NCBI GenBank assembly: GCA_973895155.1
Contig: OZ316891.1
Coordinates: forward strand, 310,001 to 374,000
DNA length: 64,000 bases
Source: Marsupella aquatica
Lineage: Eukaryota > Plantae > Marchantiophyta
Direction of reading: 5' to 3'
Shown here one piece after another: positions 52,723-64,000 of this stretch. A program made the position numbers and the translations under genes. The notes under the pieces were generated by a model. That model made no database searches, was not told where the DNA came from, and saw only the letters and a program-made list of their open reading frames with translations. Within the stretch, counting starts at the first letter, position 1. Each line of letters opens with the position of its first letter.

Positions 52723-55149
52723 TTAGTCTCGGTGTCGAATGTCGTTGATTTCGAGAAGCTCCACAAAAACAACGGTGCCTGATTGGACAACCTCCATGAG
52801 CTCAGCCTGTCGTGGTGAACCTCGAGAATAGGGCAAACATCTCAGTTGCCTATCTGGATACATCACAGGCATTCTCCTCATCAAATAACAAGAATCTATT
52901 CGAAGTGCCTCCCGATAAATTCCAATCACATCATAGTGATTGCAGGTAGCAGCATGAACCTGGGAATAATAGGCCATGAAATCCTCAGTTCTCATCATCT
53001 TCGAGTAGAAAGGTCGAAGTCTCCAGCAAACATCCTTAAAGTACCGGTTGAACTTGCCCAGAGTGTGAGTGGTGACATTATCCCAGATTCTCTGCTTATC
53101 AGCCAATGTGCTGGTTGAAACCAGCATAACCTTAGGTTCCTTAGGGATGTAGTTGTTCTGCCAAGAAGTTGATTTCTTACTCTGCATGAGAAAAGTAAGC
53201 ACGAAGTCCAGAACATAAGCTGCAAAATTCCCAAAGTAGGCCAGGACTAGGTCGGGATCCTCCACTTCTACATCACCTTGCAGCATCATCATTGCCAGAA
53301 TAGGTCAGAAGTAGACAGAGTTAGTCCAGTGCTCATCAAACTGGGCCATTTCCAATCGAGAAGTCCCATGGTACTTCAGGTCAAAAATGTAGCTCGCCTC
53401 AGTTTTCTTTAAGTAATAGTATCTCCAGAATTCTCCAACTGGTGGCATGTTGGCATGCATAACCTTACAGGTATCTACATGCTTCTGTACTTGAGCTTGG
53501 GGAAGCCTGGGATACTTCTTCTCAATAGTAGCATTCATGGGAGTCTAAGTAGAGGACGTAACCACTGCTACTAGGTTTGGGTTTGACCTCACAGCTGTAT
53601 CAACATCTTCAAACCCCTGCCTTGGTGATGACTCAAGGGAATTGTCATAAGATCTATAAGTGTCATTATTCGAAGGTGGGTCAGAGTCATCAGAGAGATC
53701 CCGTCTAACATAAGGATCTTCAGAGCAACCCCAAGTGAATATGGGTCCATCAGTGGGTTCATAGTTGGAATCAGGACTGTATGAGTAAGGATCTGAATGA
53801 TGGGGAATTTTAACAACTGGAGATTTCTGAGTTAAGTGGCTAACAACGGACATAATCTCCTGTGGCTCACACTGTAGCATGTCCAGTAAGTCGTTTACAA
53901 TGGCAGCATAATTTACATCCTCTGTCACAGGAACAGGTTCACTTGTCTCTACAGGCAGGTTTGGTGGTGCAACAGGACTGAGAGCAACAAATTCTTCTAA
54001 GGCTGATCCCACAATAGGAGAGGTGGTCCTGACAGGAGTTAATTGATCTGGAAATGGGGATGATAAGCTGACTACCTCTGATCTTAAATTACAGACAACA
54101 TCATAGAGTTCCACATCATCACAACCAAAAAGAGCAATTAACTTATCAATAAGTTGCTGGTTGAACTTTGCCTTTGAAGAAGTAGTCGAATCAACCCCCA
54201 GGAGGACAGCAGTGGTTGGGTTAGCAACAGTTTCGTGTTGTTCATAGCTGTCCTCAGCTTTTCCAGCTCCAGGTTGATTTTCCACGTTGACTTCTCTTGA
54301 ATACATCAAGTTAACCAGAGGATGTCGAACCAACTCCATATTGTGAGCAAGTGAAACTTCAAGTTCACCCACAGAGGCATTTTCCAAATCCATATCAACA
54401 TCCACATTCTGATCATTAGAATCCAGGGGAATAGCATCCACTGGTTCTTCTACACCAATTTCTTCTTCAATGCCTAGTTTGATCAGGAGTAATCCTCTTT
54501 CTGTTCTCTCCTCTGGATGTAAACAGTCATAAGCCTGATAGAGCTGAGACAGATATACCTGCAGATAGGTAGGTCTACCTGCCTTCATACTCCTCACCTG
54601 ATCCTTCATCACATTGAAGATTAACAAGGCCCAATTCACCTGGATGGCTCCACTGTGTGCAGCTACAATTGTGTTCACCAAAGCCATTGGGCAAATGGTT
54701 GGCTTTTTCGGGTGTAAAATTGGCACTAGAAATTCCAGAAGTACTCTCAAATCTGGATAAGTACATTGTGTTAGATTCCAGCCATTTGTGAGATTGCGAA
54801 TCCCAGAGAAGTAGGGAGTAGACAAATCTTTCTTCTTTGAATACAATCCTTCTCCTTCTGAAGGGCAGCGGAAGGCACGAGCAATTTGCTCCACAGTCCA
54901 TAGACTTGGTCAAGCTCGAATAGTCTGTCAAAATTCAGGAGCAAGCAATGACCCCTTCACAAAATCCTGCAAGTATGAGTCGATTTCTACGTCCCAAGGA
55001 ACGACAAGTAGATGCCCTAGCCCTAGCTGCTGTAATGAAGTCTGTAAGTTCGCATAACTATCGGGCACTTGTGGAATTCGAGCGGCTACGCTCTTAGGAA
55101 TTGCCAATGCGTCAACTCGGTACTGCTCATCAGCTCCCAGGCCAGCCAT
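52723..55149 (-). pseudogene. MULE companion gene, intronless ~808 codons, unknown family, 4 in-frame stops
   Basis: ORFs 54928-55149, 53545-54894, 53305-53538 and 52723-53292 all share one frame and are separated only by TGA/TGA/TAG/TGA, with no frameshift. Confidence 0.8.
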
Positions 55150-55334
55150 AGCTCAAATTGTTTCTTGTAGTAGCGCAAAGAAATGGGGAGGCCGAGAGAA
55201 TCAATGGAGGAGGCAGGGATTTAGTCAGGAGTGAGCGCCCGAGGCCTATATTGCCTTCACTTCAATGCATGCTTGCCATTCCATTGCTAAGTCCCGTTGA
55301 ATGTAGCCGTAAGACGTTGCGATCCTCGGTCGCC

Positions 55335-55500
55335 AACTCGTAAGGCAAAAACTCGTAAAGCCCTAACTAGTAAACTCGTAACTAGCAAACAGTCATAAAC
55401 TCATAAACTCGTAAACCAGGTTACTATTAACTAGTAACTCGTAAACTCGTAAACAGGAGTTTACTCGTAACTTAGACTTGGGAACCCGTAACTTGTAGAC
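55335..55500 (+). repeat. AACT(C/A)GTAA motif cluster in the divergent promoter region of the MULE
   Basis: About 12-14 copies between the companion-gene ATG (55149) and the transposase ATG (55839). Confidence 0.85.
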
Positions 55501-55838
55501 AGAATGCTATCTCCGCTATGTTAGCAATAATTATAGTTTAAACACCATAGAAAATTTAAAAATTTTCAGTTTCTTCCTACTTTTGGAATTACCCACCACT
55601 TACACCAGACAGCAGAGAGGCTCCATTGATCGAGTAGGAGAGACACTCTCTTTACATTTTTCTACTAGACATTTATGAGACTGCCTTGTAATGTGTTTTG
55701 AAGCAAAGTTCAATCTTCCATTGACATCTCGACCACGACATTCTGGTTGGCTTTCACGAGTGAGACTTGATCACCTTTATGTCTGTATTTGTATGCAGAG
55801 TTTAAGCCCATTTAAGGTGTGCATGAATAATTGGAGCC

Positions 55839-57400
55839 ATGGTTCAAGCGAGTCTGAAGAAAGGTGACACATTTGGGAGCTGGCAAGATGTCAGGAGGGC
55901 AATTGTCAGACACGGGGTGGCAACTGAGCGGGTAATCACAACATCTAAAAAGGATACTTTGCGTTTTATTGGAAAATGCAAAATGTGATGGCATGAAATC
56001 CCTGTCCAGAAAGATTTGTGGTGTATTCGAGTCATTATGAGCTCCAAGACGGAAACCATTACCGTCACACAGCTCAATAATCACCACAGTTGCTGTGCAG
56101 CAGACCATTATACCAGGCGAATGCATAATTCTTCTGATTACCTGGCTACACTGATTTTTGACATCATAATCAAAAACAGACAAACCAGAGCTTGTTCTTT
56201 GAGAGACACTGCCCAAGCTATTTGGCATCCAGATGTTAAATATCACACAGCACATTCAGCCAAGAAAAGGGCTCTGGTACGCCTAAACGGTGATGAGAAG
56301 GAGTCTTTCCATCTCATTCCTAGTCACTGTCAGCACATTTTACAAAGAGATCCAGGTGTTGTGGCAAACTATAGTGCACCTGATGGATCCTTTCAAACTT
56401 TATTTGTGTGTCCTAATGCTTCTCGACAGGCTTATCCACATTGCAGGCCACTCATTGCACTAGACGGCACACACACAAAATCTACATATCCCCAGATGTT
56501 ATTGGTAGCCACTGTGCTGGATGCTAACAACACTGTTATGATTTTGGCATACTGCATGGTTCCGTCAGAGAATGAAGAGTTCTGGATGAGATTTTTGAAG
56601 GCCTTGCATGATGCAATCCCAGAGTTGTCTCGTAGTAGTACAATTTTTATTTCAGATAGAGAAAAGGGACTGCAAAATGCTATGGAAGAGGTTTTTCCAT
56701 TGGCCTTCCATGCTTTTTGCACTTGGCACATGGGAAAAAATTTACAAGCTCATTCAAACAAGGCAGCATGGAAGGCTTTCGATGGGCTGGTATATGCTGC
56801 TAATGTACTTGCGGCGGTTAGACCGCATTGAGAATGAGTACCCATCAACATTTGATTACATTGTGAAAATGGCTGATCCATCTCATTATTCGAGAGCTTT
56901 CATGCCGTACCCCAGGTGATACACCATACCATTGCTATTGTATTTTTTTGTGTGGTGAAGTTATTGCCAAGATTTGTTTACTCTTCATCTCCTAAGCTGC
57001 AGCTTCATTGTGCTTATCAGGTGGGGCCATGAGACATCCCAGCAAGCAGAGAGCACTAATCGAGCACTGAAGGCTGAACGGCAGGAAGTTGCATTCAAAC
57101 AATTGAATCTGATTTGGGATTACATGATGAAGCACTACTATGAGAAGAGGGTGCTTGCAGAGTCCTTAACTACACCATTTCCTCCCAACATCATGGCAAT
57201 ATTAAGGGACCGACATGAGGAAGCTCTTCAACTTGTTGCAGATCCATCCAGCCCAACGGAAGTCAGAATTACCGATTCGACTGGCAGGGGCTTCTTGGTG
57301 AGTTTGGAGCCATTGAAGGAATGTTCTTGTGGTGATTGGCATGATGTCGGTATTCCTTGCATTCATGCATGGAGAGCTATTACTCGATTGCATCTTCGTT
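55839..57400 (+). pseudogene. MuDR/MULE transposase (N-terminal Mutator DNA-binding domain, DDE, SWIM), disrupted
   Basis: MVQASLKKGDTFGSWQDVRRAI..., in-frame TGA at ~55986, IALDGTH, FISDREKGL, HAFCTWH, frameshift near 56800-56830, intron 56916-57020, RWGHETSQQAESTN, SWIM finger CSCGDWHDVGIPCIH. Confidence 0.93.
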
Positions 57401-58119
57401 GCGGAAAAATCCAAAGAAAACAATGTGATGACATCGACCACAACACCTGTAGTAGGTTTACATTGAGCAGAGGTTGATCAAGGCGTAAACACTGCAAACG
57501 CCCGAGCCCGCACCGCACAACACCGTTGCTTTGATCTCCCAATGTCACATTCGAGACGAATGCCCGCACCGCGCATGCCCGTGCCTGCACCGTTGCTTCT
57601 CCCAATCTCACCTTTGACACCCTACCAAGCTCACCTTCAACTGCATGACACAAAGCTTTCTTGCAAAAGAGTGTTGCTTCCCGTTTTTGGAGAGTCAACA
57701 CAGTAACTGACTAGCATGGTTACAAAGCTCAGTAAGGGGACGGAAAGTTCAAATAGAATGCACCAGGATATGACATGTGTCCCCACAGGATGGAGGCTGA
57801 CCCATGGTTAACCTTGGTCTCAATGAGGTTACGTGAATACAAAAACCGTGGCAGTATTGTAATTTCTGTAAAAACCATGGCAGTATTGCAATAAGCCACA
57901 TCTTTAGTGGCAAGGTAGTTAAAAGCTGATATATTAAAATGCCGTCAACATGGTTTGATTGTCAGTGAAACGCAATTCAAATCAAACTCTAATATATATG
58001 CCAAAGTAAAGTTGCGATACTAGATACTCTGAGGATAGAATTTTGCTCCTTCAATTCCAACATCTATTCTTGAATTAGCTAATGAATCTTGACATAGAAA
58101 GCAAGCTTAGCAGTGAATT

Positions 58120-58586
58120 TGTCATGCGCATACACATTGCTACACAACATACATATATCGCTTGTCACATACATCTAGACATAGTCACACTGCCACATCA
58201 CAAACACAAGAGAATGGAATACAAGTGGAACTCATGTCCACACATGTCCAAAACCCACAATAATCTTCACAAAAATTGGAACAACAATCAACGCCAACAA
58301 TATGCACTCAATCCCGTCTGATCCGATCACACACATATGTCGAGCCAACGCACCTTGCACTCAAGGAATCCATGCTACATAGAGAGAGCTTTCAACCACC
58401 ATAGCCACCACACAAGCTCTCCTCTCCAAGGCTCAACATTGAAAGATAACCTTTCAATGCCTCACAAGAGAGAACTACCCTCTCACACAAACCTAACAAA
58501 ACCTTATCAGCTCATATAGCACACATACCAAACATACGGATCTAGATAGTATGATACACTCTAACACTACCTAGAATGGTGTGACA
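58120..58586. mobile_element. Solo LTR (467 bp) with AATT target-site duplication
   Basis: TGTCATGC...GTGTGACA inverted ends; AATT immediately on both sides; paralogue at 36683-37144. Confidence 0.85.
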
Positions 58587-58874
58587 AATTCGATAAGAAT
58601 CTCAAGAGGGTGTGATTAAAAATTCAGTCATGAGAAGAAATCTCCTGAATTCATTCACAATTGATAACACATGCTTTACTTCCATACAAGACATTCTTGT
58701 TAAATGGAAGGTGGAAAAACTATTCATAACTTCTCTTTGTAAATAAAGTTTGTCCCCAAAATGATGGATAAACTGAGGTAGATCTTATAGGTGTAAACTT
58801 CTAATCGAAAGAAGACTGAAGGGTTATAACTTTTCAAATCTCAATATCTAAAAGGGTAGTCTGGTGAAAAAGGT

Positions 58875-59625
58875 AGTGGACGTTTCACGAAGCGTCAATG
58901 TTTGAGGCAGACGCTTTGCAAAGCGTCAGAGTTCTCAGTAAAACTAACAAATAGTGATCTTATCGGAATTTTAACTTCTAAACAAAAAGTTAGAATGAGG
59001 TGAAACTTTTTTAGGGTACTTTACTAAGTATAGTCTCTATGCTGGCAAAGTTTCAGACTTTTCTGAGACTTCTAAGTGCTTCAAATAAGTCAGTAAAAGT
59101 GTCAAAAGGTTATAAAAAATTGGAAAACCAAAAACTTTTCTAAGTGTCCGGATTTGGTGGACGCTTCACGAAGCGTCCAAAAATACAAAGGAACTTTGGT
59201 GGACGCATTAGAAAGCGTCTGGGATTTGATGTCTTTGGCAGCGCCTTTTCCGGCCTTCGGGTGGACGCTTTGTAAGGCGTCGGGGCCTGTGGCAGACGCT
59301 CCTGTAAGTGTCACGCCTTCCTGTCTTCGAACACGGATGGACGCTCCTGAAGGCGTCGCTCTCATGTGGACGCTTCAGAAAGCATCGTGGTCTTGGGTGG
59401 ACGCTTCAGTAGCGTCAATATTGATGTCCCGTTCGGAATAGGGGACGCCTCAAGGCGTCGAGGTCTGGAAAGACTTAATAACGGACTCTTTTAAAAGCAT
59501 CAGGTTTTCTGAGTACTTAAGAGGACGCTTAGAAGGCATCGGGTCATTTTGGGTCCTCATATGGACGCTTTGTGAAGCATCATATTTTGTTGGCGTCAAA
59601 TATGGACGCTTCCGATAGCGTCAGT
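58875..59625. repeat. Array of GGACGCTT-N4-6-AGCGTC hairpin motifs
   Basis: About 14 copies, e.g. tggacgcttcacgaagcgtcca (59158), mostly about 30 bp apart between 59150 and 59625. Confidence 0.85.
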
Positions 59626-61752
59626 GCTTTCCTTCACTTTAGAGTGGGGACTTAGCAGTGTTCACTCTAAATTTATCCAAGTTATTAAAAATATTTTAAA
59701 TGAAAATAATATCACTACTTATAAATCATATTAGTTTTATTCAAATCACTTTAAATTTTAATGAATTTTAATGTTTTGTATATAAAATTAGTTTTATGTT
59801 CATTACCTTTGTCAAATCAAGATATGAATAAAAACAATTAAAAGGTTAATCATAATTATTTTGTGATTTTATAACATACATAAGTTTATAATATAATTAC
59901 AAATAAGTGTATAATTAAAATTCAGGATTGATGAAGATAAAAATAAATATAAACATGAATATAAATTAAGAGGACCAGTCTATTAACAATAAAATTATCA
60001 CTTCATTATATTAAAGATCATAATATTCATATATTTATCATAAATAAATATATTATTGTCTTTTATAAAAAATAAAATTATTATTATGTCATAATTATAT
60101 TTAGTCTGTAACTATATATAAATGATGATATACGTAATTTTAATTATAAAAAATTATGAATTTTAATTATAAGAAATATGGATAATTGTTCATAAAGATT
60201 TGGAAAAAAATATTTCGATAGAAAGATTATCTTTAGGAAGATTTTACAATATGAATAATGGTGAAAGAAAATGCATAAAAAACATGAGAAATTTTGTAAA
60301 AATATTTGACTTATGTCAATGCATATCACTGATCAAATTGTATCCTTGTCAACTCTCGAAAAAGCTCTTTCCACTGTCCATGTCATTGACAGGATATTTT
60401 CACCCTGTCCAGAAGTTCTCTCTATCTTCCACGAGGATTTGTCGTCGTGATCTAGTCATTCTCAATCTTTCAATGAACATTTTTTCCCTGACTGAGAGAT
60501 CATGATGTTTTTTATTTTGGTTACAAAGTTGTGAATAAAGATGTACATGTTGCGTGTTCATCAATTTTCTTGATGATGTGAGGCTAGAGATATGACTAGT
60601 ACATTTTTGGTGGTTTTTCGATAATCCCTTTGAGCCAAACTTTCTTCGTCTGATGCCGTCAACTTCAGAAAATATCCGATGTGTTTCAGCAACATATTGC
60701 CCAATCCTGTTCCCATCGAACTTTACCATCTTGATGTAAAATGCATCGCATCAACTATCCCATGTTATTCGTATAAAAAATGATCCAACACTAAACATAT
60801 CGGAATATGTGTTGCCTTGATTGTATAATTTGTCCGAACCTTAATGCAATCGAACATGTTTTGCGTTTATAATTGTATCGGACCAAGACCAATAGAGCAT
60901 ACATCGGATAAATGAGTCCATTGTTTGTAGTATTGCATATGATTGAGTGTACTAGGGGTTTATATCAGACATTGTTCGTCGTACATAGGATCAGACACCT
61001 CGTCTTCAAAGGAGGAAAAGGGGTCCATTATAGAGAGGATCAAAATGTATATCCAATGTGTTTGACATGGAATGGTCCGTAGTTGGGAGTCTAAAAAATG
61101 TTGGTTTTTTTTCAGTAGGAGGTTTGATGCAAATCCGATGGTTTTTTCATGGGATAGTCAATGGGACATAAGGTTGGGGGATTCTTAAGAAGGGTATAAT
61201 CATAAGGTAGGAACACTTAATATATAACCAATAGACTTTGGGCATGTGCATACCATGACAATTAAAGAAGCAATGATCTAGAGTCAGCAACGCCGGAGCT
61301 AAGTGTTAAGGTAGTCTAGTTTCTCGACTTTGTCAAAAAACCAGAACTCAACTTCCACTCGTCACGTCACACTTGCTTCGCAAACGTGAGCAAACCAGGT
61401 ACCGAAATGACCAGCTTTGCCCAATCTACAATTTGAGCTATAGCATGCAACGCCTCACGCACCGCATAGCTCACACCGTCGAGAAAATGATCTTAGGTCC
61501 CTCTCACAAAAACCGTTGAACACGAACCCAAACATGAAAAAATCCAGAATGATGCAAACTCTGATTCCTCCACACCATGAACTTCATTCAGGGATTTCTT
61601 TGCATCATCAGAAAGCCCTTGCCCCGATCTATTCATTGAGCCCAACACCTCCAAGTTACACGCGATGGAGGTGAAATCCATCGACACTTATCGCTTGAAA
61701 AAAAACCGTCACGAACACGTCACAAAAAATCCTATCGTCACCTCCCAGGCTT

Positions 61753-62097
61753 GCTCTGATACCAATTGTTGAACAATGACGTCCTCTCAACAATAAGATC
61801 ATGACTCATTCCCATGCACACATAGTCGACACAATGAATTACATGGTTCACCCCTTCGGTGAGGCTACATCCACACGAACATGAAAGCTTTTACTTAAGA
61901 GTAGTCTCCACACACGAGCTCTCTCACTCTCTCAAGTCGCTTCGTTACAATGAGCATGCATACCGTACCAGTGGCTTACACTAGCCTTGGTATATGCAAG
62001 GTCACTTACAACTAACCTAACCTCAGCTAAGTCCCTAATTGTGGTTAGTTGAATTGTCGTAACCTATGAGTGACAAGACTAAGAGCAATACTTAACA
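61753..62097 (-). mobile_element. LTR (61767-62097) plus tRNA-iMet primer-binding site of a truncated, probably Copia-type, retrotransposon
   Basis: The - strand reads TGTTAAG...TCAACA-AT-TGGTATCAGAGC, the canonical iMet PBS. Internal sequence extends to about 61280 without recognisable gag/pol. Confidence 0.85.
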
Positions 62098-64000
62098 GTT
62101 ACCACCCTCGGCAAGGGTGCGCTGGACTGCACATCTTCAGGTAGAACATGATGTGCCATTCAGGGGATTAACCGCCAGCTGCTGTGGTATCAAGGATTCA
62201 AGAAACATATCGGGGTTGTCATTCAGGTTTTGAATATCAAACTCCAAACATGAAATTGAATCTGTGCTAGATGTATATTTGATCAGTGACTTAGATGCAG
62301 TTCCACTCGGGTTTGTAGCAGTCGTTCACTTGCCATTACTAACATCCCAAGGCTGAATGAAGGCGCAAGCTCTCTGGCGATCTCTGCTTCATCATTCACG
62401 GGGAAAGCATGTGATCAGTGGGCTGAAGCCTCGTTTTGGGTCTATAACGATTCAAGATGGTCCTACAAGGGAAGAGATGAACGAGTGTCAAGCGACCCCG
62501 AGCAGTCTACAACTGAAGCGGCCCGAATGCCCCTCATCTTCATTGAGGGAGTACTGAACAAAACCGAATGCAAGAAAACAGTCAAAAACACCTTGGAATG
62601 TTTTCGGAGGCATGATTGAGCGACTTTGTCCTTAACTCCACTAGATCTTATTGCTACACAACGGCAACTTATTGCTACACAACAGCAATGTAGGTCAGAA
62701 TGGGAGTACCACAAGAAAAACCTTCAGTAGTCATGTTCGGCATCAAATCAACAGATTCCAAATAGAGCGGTAAATGTTCATTAAAATGACTGACATAAGC
62801 ATATAATAAAACAAGTATGGCACGCATTCAAAACAATGATTGGCATACATCCAAAGCAATTGATATGGAAAGAGAAATAAAAACCAGGGCACTCAAAAGC
62901 TGAGTTGCGCGTAGTGCTAGCAAATAAGGTTGTGGGGCTTAGTAAGGACACTACTGTGGGTAGACTGGGTGTCCGTAGGCAGAGCTGCAAGTGCTCTCTT
63001 TGGCGAGATGGAAGCTTTTGCTAGAACAAGGGCCCATTGGGGGACTGGAGGTGCTGCAAATGTTGAGTGGAGTTGGACAAAAAGATCGTGAATTTGTGGA
63101 GGCGCTTTGGGGCTGCTAAGCTGAGCTTGAATGAGTGCTAATTCGGGTTTGGAGGTGTGGGGCGTGAGCTGGTGAATCCTTTTGTATTAGCTGGTGACAT
63201 GTGCTGTGAAGGAAACCGATGGACTTCTGCTGCTGCTGCATTGATTTTACCTTGATGGGTTGAAGCTTTCTCATTGTTGCTTGTGGCTCTCACAAGATTT
63301 AATGCTAATTGGAAAGTCATCTTTTAGGTTGACAATGTGGACTCTAGTCAGGGATGCCCTTGTCTGAGAGGTGCTTTCTATTCCCTGGTTAGAAATATAT
63401 TAAGATTTAGGATTAGGATATTCCTGCCTTGATCGTAGGTGCTTTGTTCCTTTGGCTGGGGCTCGGTTGTCTTTGGGTATGCCTGGATGGGTCCCCTGGG
63501 CTCCTTTGCCTACGACCTCAGTGTGTCACTTACCTATGACATAGATGAAGTAGGCTTTTTGCCTTCCCCCTCACTTTGGGGCTGACTCGAAGTTAGTTTC
63601 AGGTTTTTGCCTGGCCATGATTTCACTTGACTTTGTCTTCGCTTGGCTTTGGTGCTGGCCACCTGGCTTTCTTTCTCCTTTGGGGCTTTGTGGGCTTTGC
63701 CCTGGCCTGTTTGGTCCTCCTTTCCCGCGGGGTTTCGCGGGTTTTATTGAAAAAAAAGGGGGGAAAAAAAGCAAAAAAAGCTGAGTTGCGCTCCAACTGT
63801 CAACTCACAGCCGAACCCACATTCACCGCAGCCGGTCATCCTGAGCCCAGACAAAACACCCGAATCTACTCAAGCTCTCGATGAACACGGAATGAGAGGC
63901 ACGAAGAAGAATGACTAGAATGCGAGAGAAAGCTCATCCCGGCCGAGACGGAAATGGCTCCTGCACAGACGACAAACTTCCAGCCTGACGGCGTTTCCAG

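Larger units (their letters stand above)
50699..57928. mobile_element. Mutator-like element (MULE), 7230 bp, TIRs of at least ~90 bp, 10-bp TSD ATATATTAAA
   Basis: Left end CAGTTTTTAACTACAATGCCACTAAAGATGTGGCTTAT.., right end ..ATAAGCCACATCTTTAGTGGCAAGGTAGTTAAAAGCTG; perfect ATATATTAAA at 50689-50698 and 57929-57938; contains a MuDR-type transposase. Confidence 0.95.

Noticed and set aside
52723-55149. In-frame stops as targets of U-to-C editing or readthrough
   Set aside because: This is a nuclear TE; CGA>TGA, CAG>TAG or TGG>TGA decay by methyl-cytosine deamination is sufficient, and the transposase is decayed too.
36683-58586. The two LTR copies as ends of one 22-kb retrotransposon carrying the PPR gene
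   Set aside because: The right LTR has its own AATT TSD, the outer flanks do not match, and no PBS, PPT or gag-pol was seen between them.
62780-64000. Possible gene or LINE fragment at the window end
   Set aside because: Only short low-complexity ORFs with many stops and no recognisable motif.

Overview
Eukaryotic land-plant nuclear DNA, most likely a bryophyte/moss (inferred from GT-AG introns, TTTAGGG telomere motifs and a moss-style PLS-DYW PPR protein). It holds three host genes. These are a 14-exon ALDH7B (antiquitin) gene on the - strand (1856-6258), a 4-exon organic cation/carnitine MFS transporter with a frameshift on the + strand (26736-30434), and a very long PLS-E-DYW RNA-editing factor whose repeat array has been expanded by near-identical 303-bp duplications (- strand, 39767-45574). 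The rest is mostly transposon-derived. A decayed Ty3/Gypsy pol is split by a 3.6-kb non-coding TIR element (4-bp TSD) packed with palindromic motifs. A 7.2-kb Mutator-like element (10-bp TSD) carries a transposase and a divergent, unrecognised ~808-codon companion gene bracketed by short-motif arrays, and a 221-bp MITE of the same family lies at 25 kb. There are also solo LTRs, a Copia-type LTR with PBS, an FCP1/NIF-like phosphatase ORF and several interstitial telomeric tracts. The two most interesting leads are the MULE companion gene with its motif arrays (possible VANC-like anti-silencing system) and a ~95-bp mitochondrial nad5 fragment with apparently unedited codons 1 kb downstream of the DYW editing gene. 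All calls were made by eye; no database searches were run.
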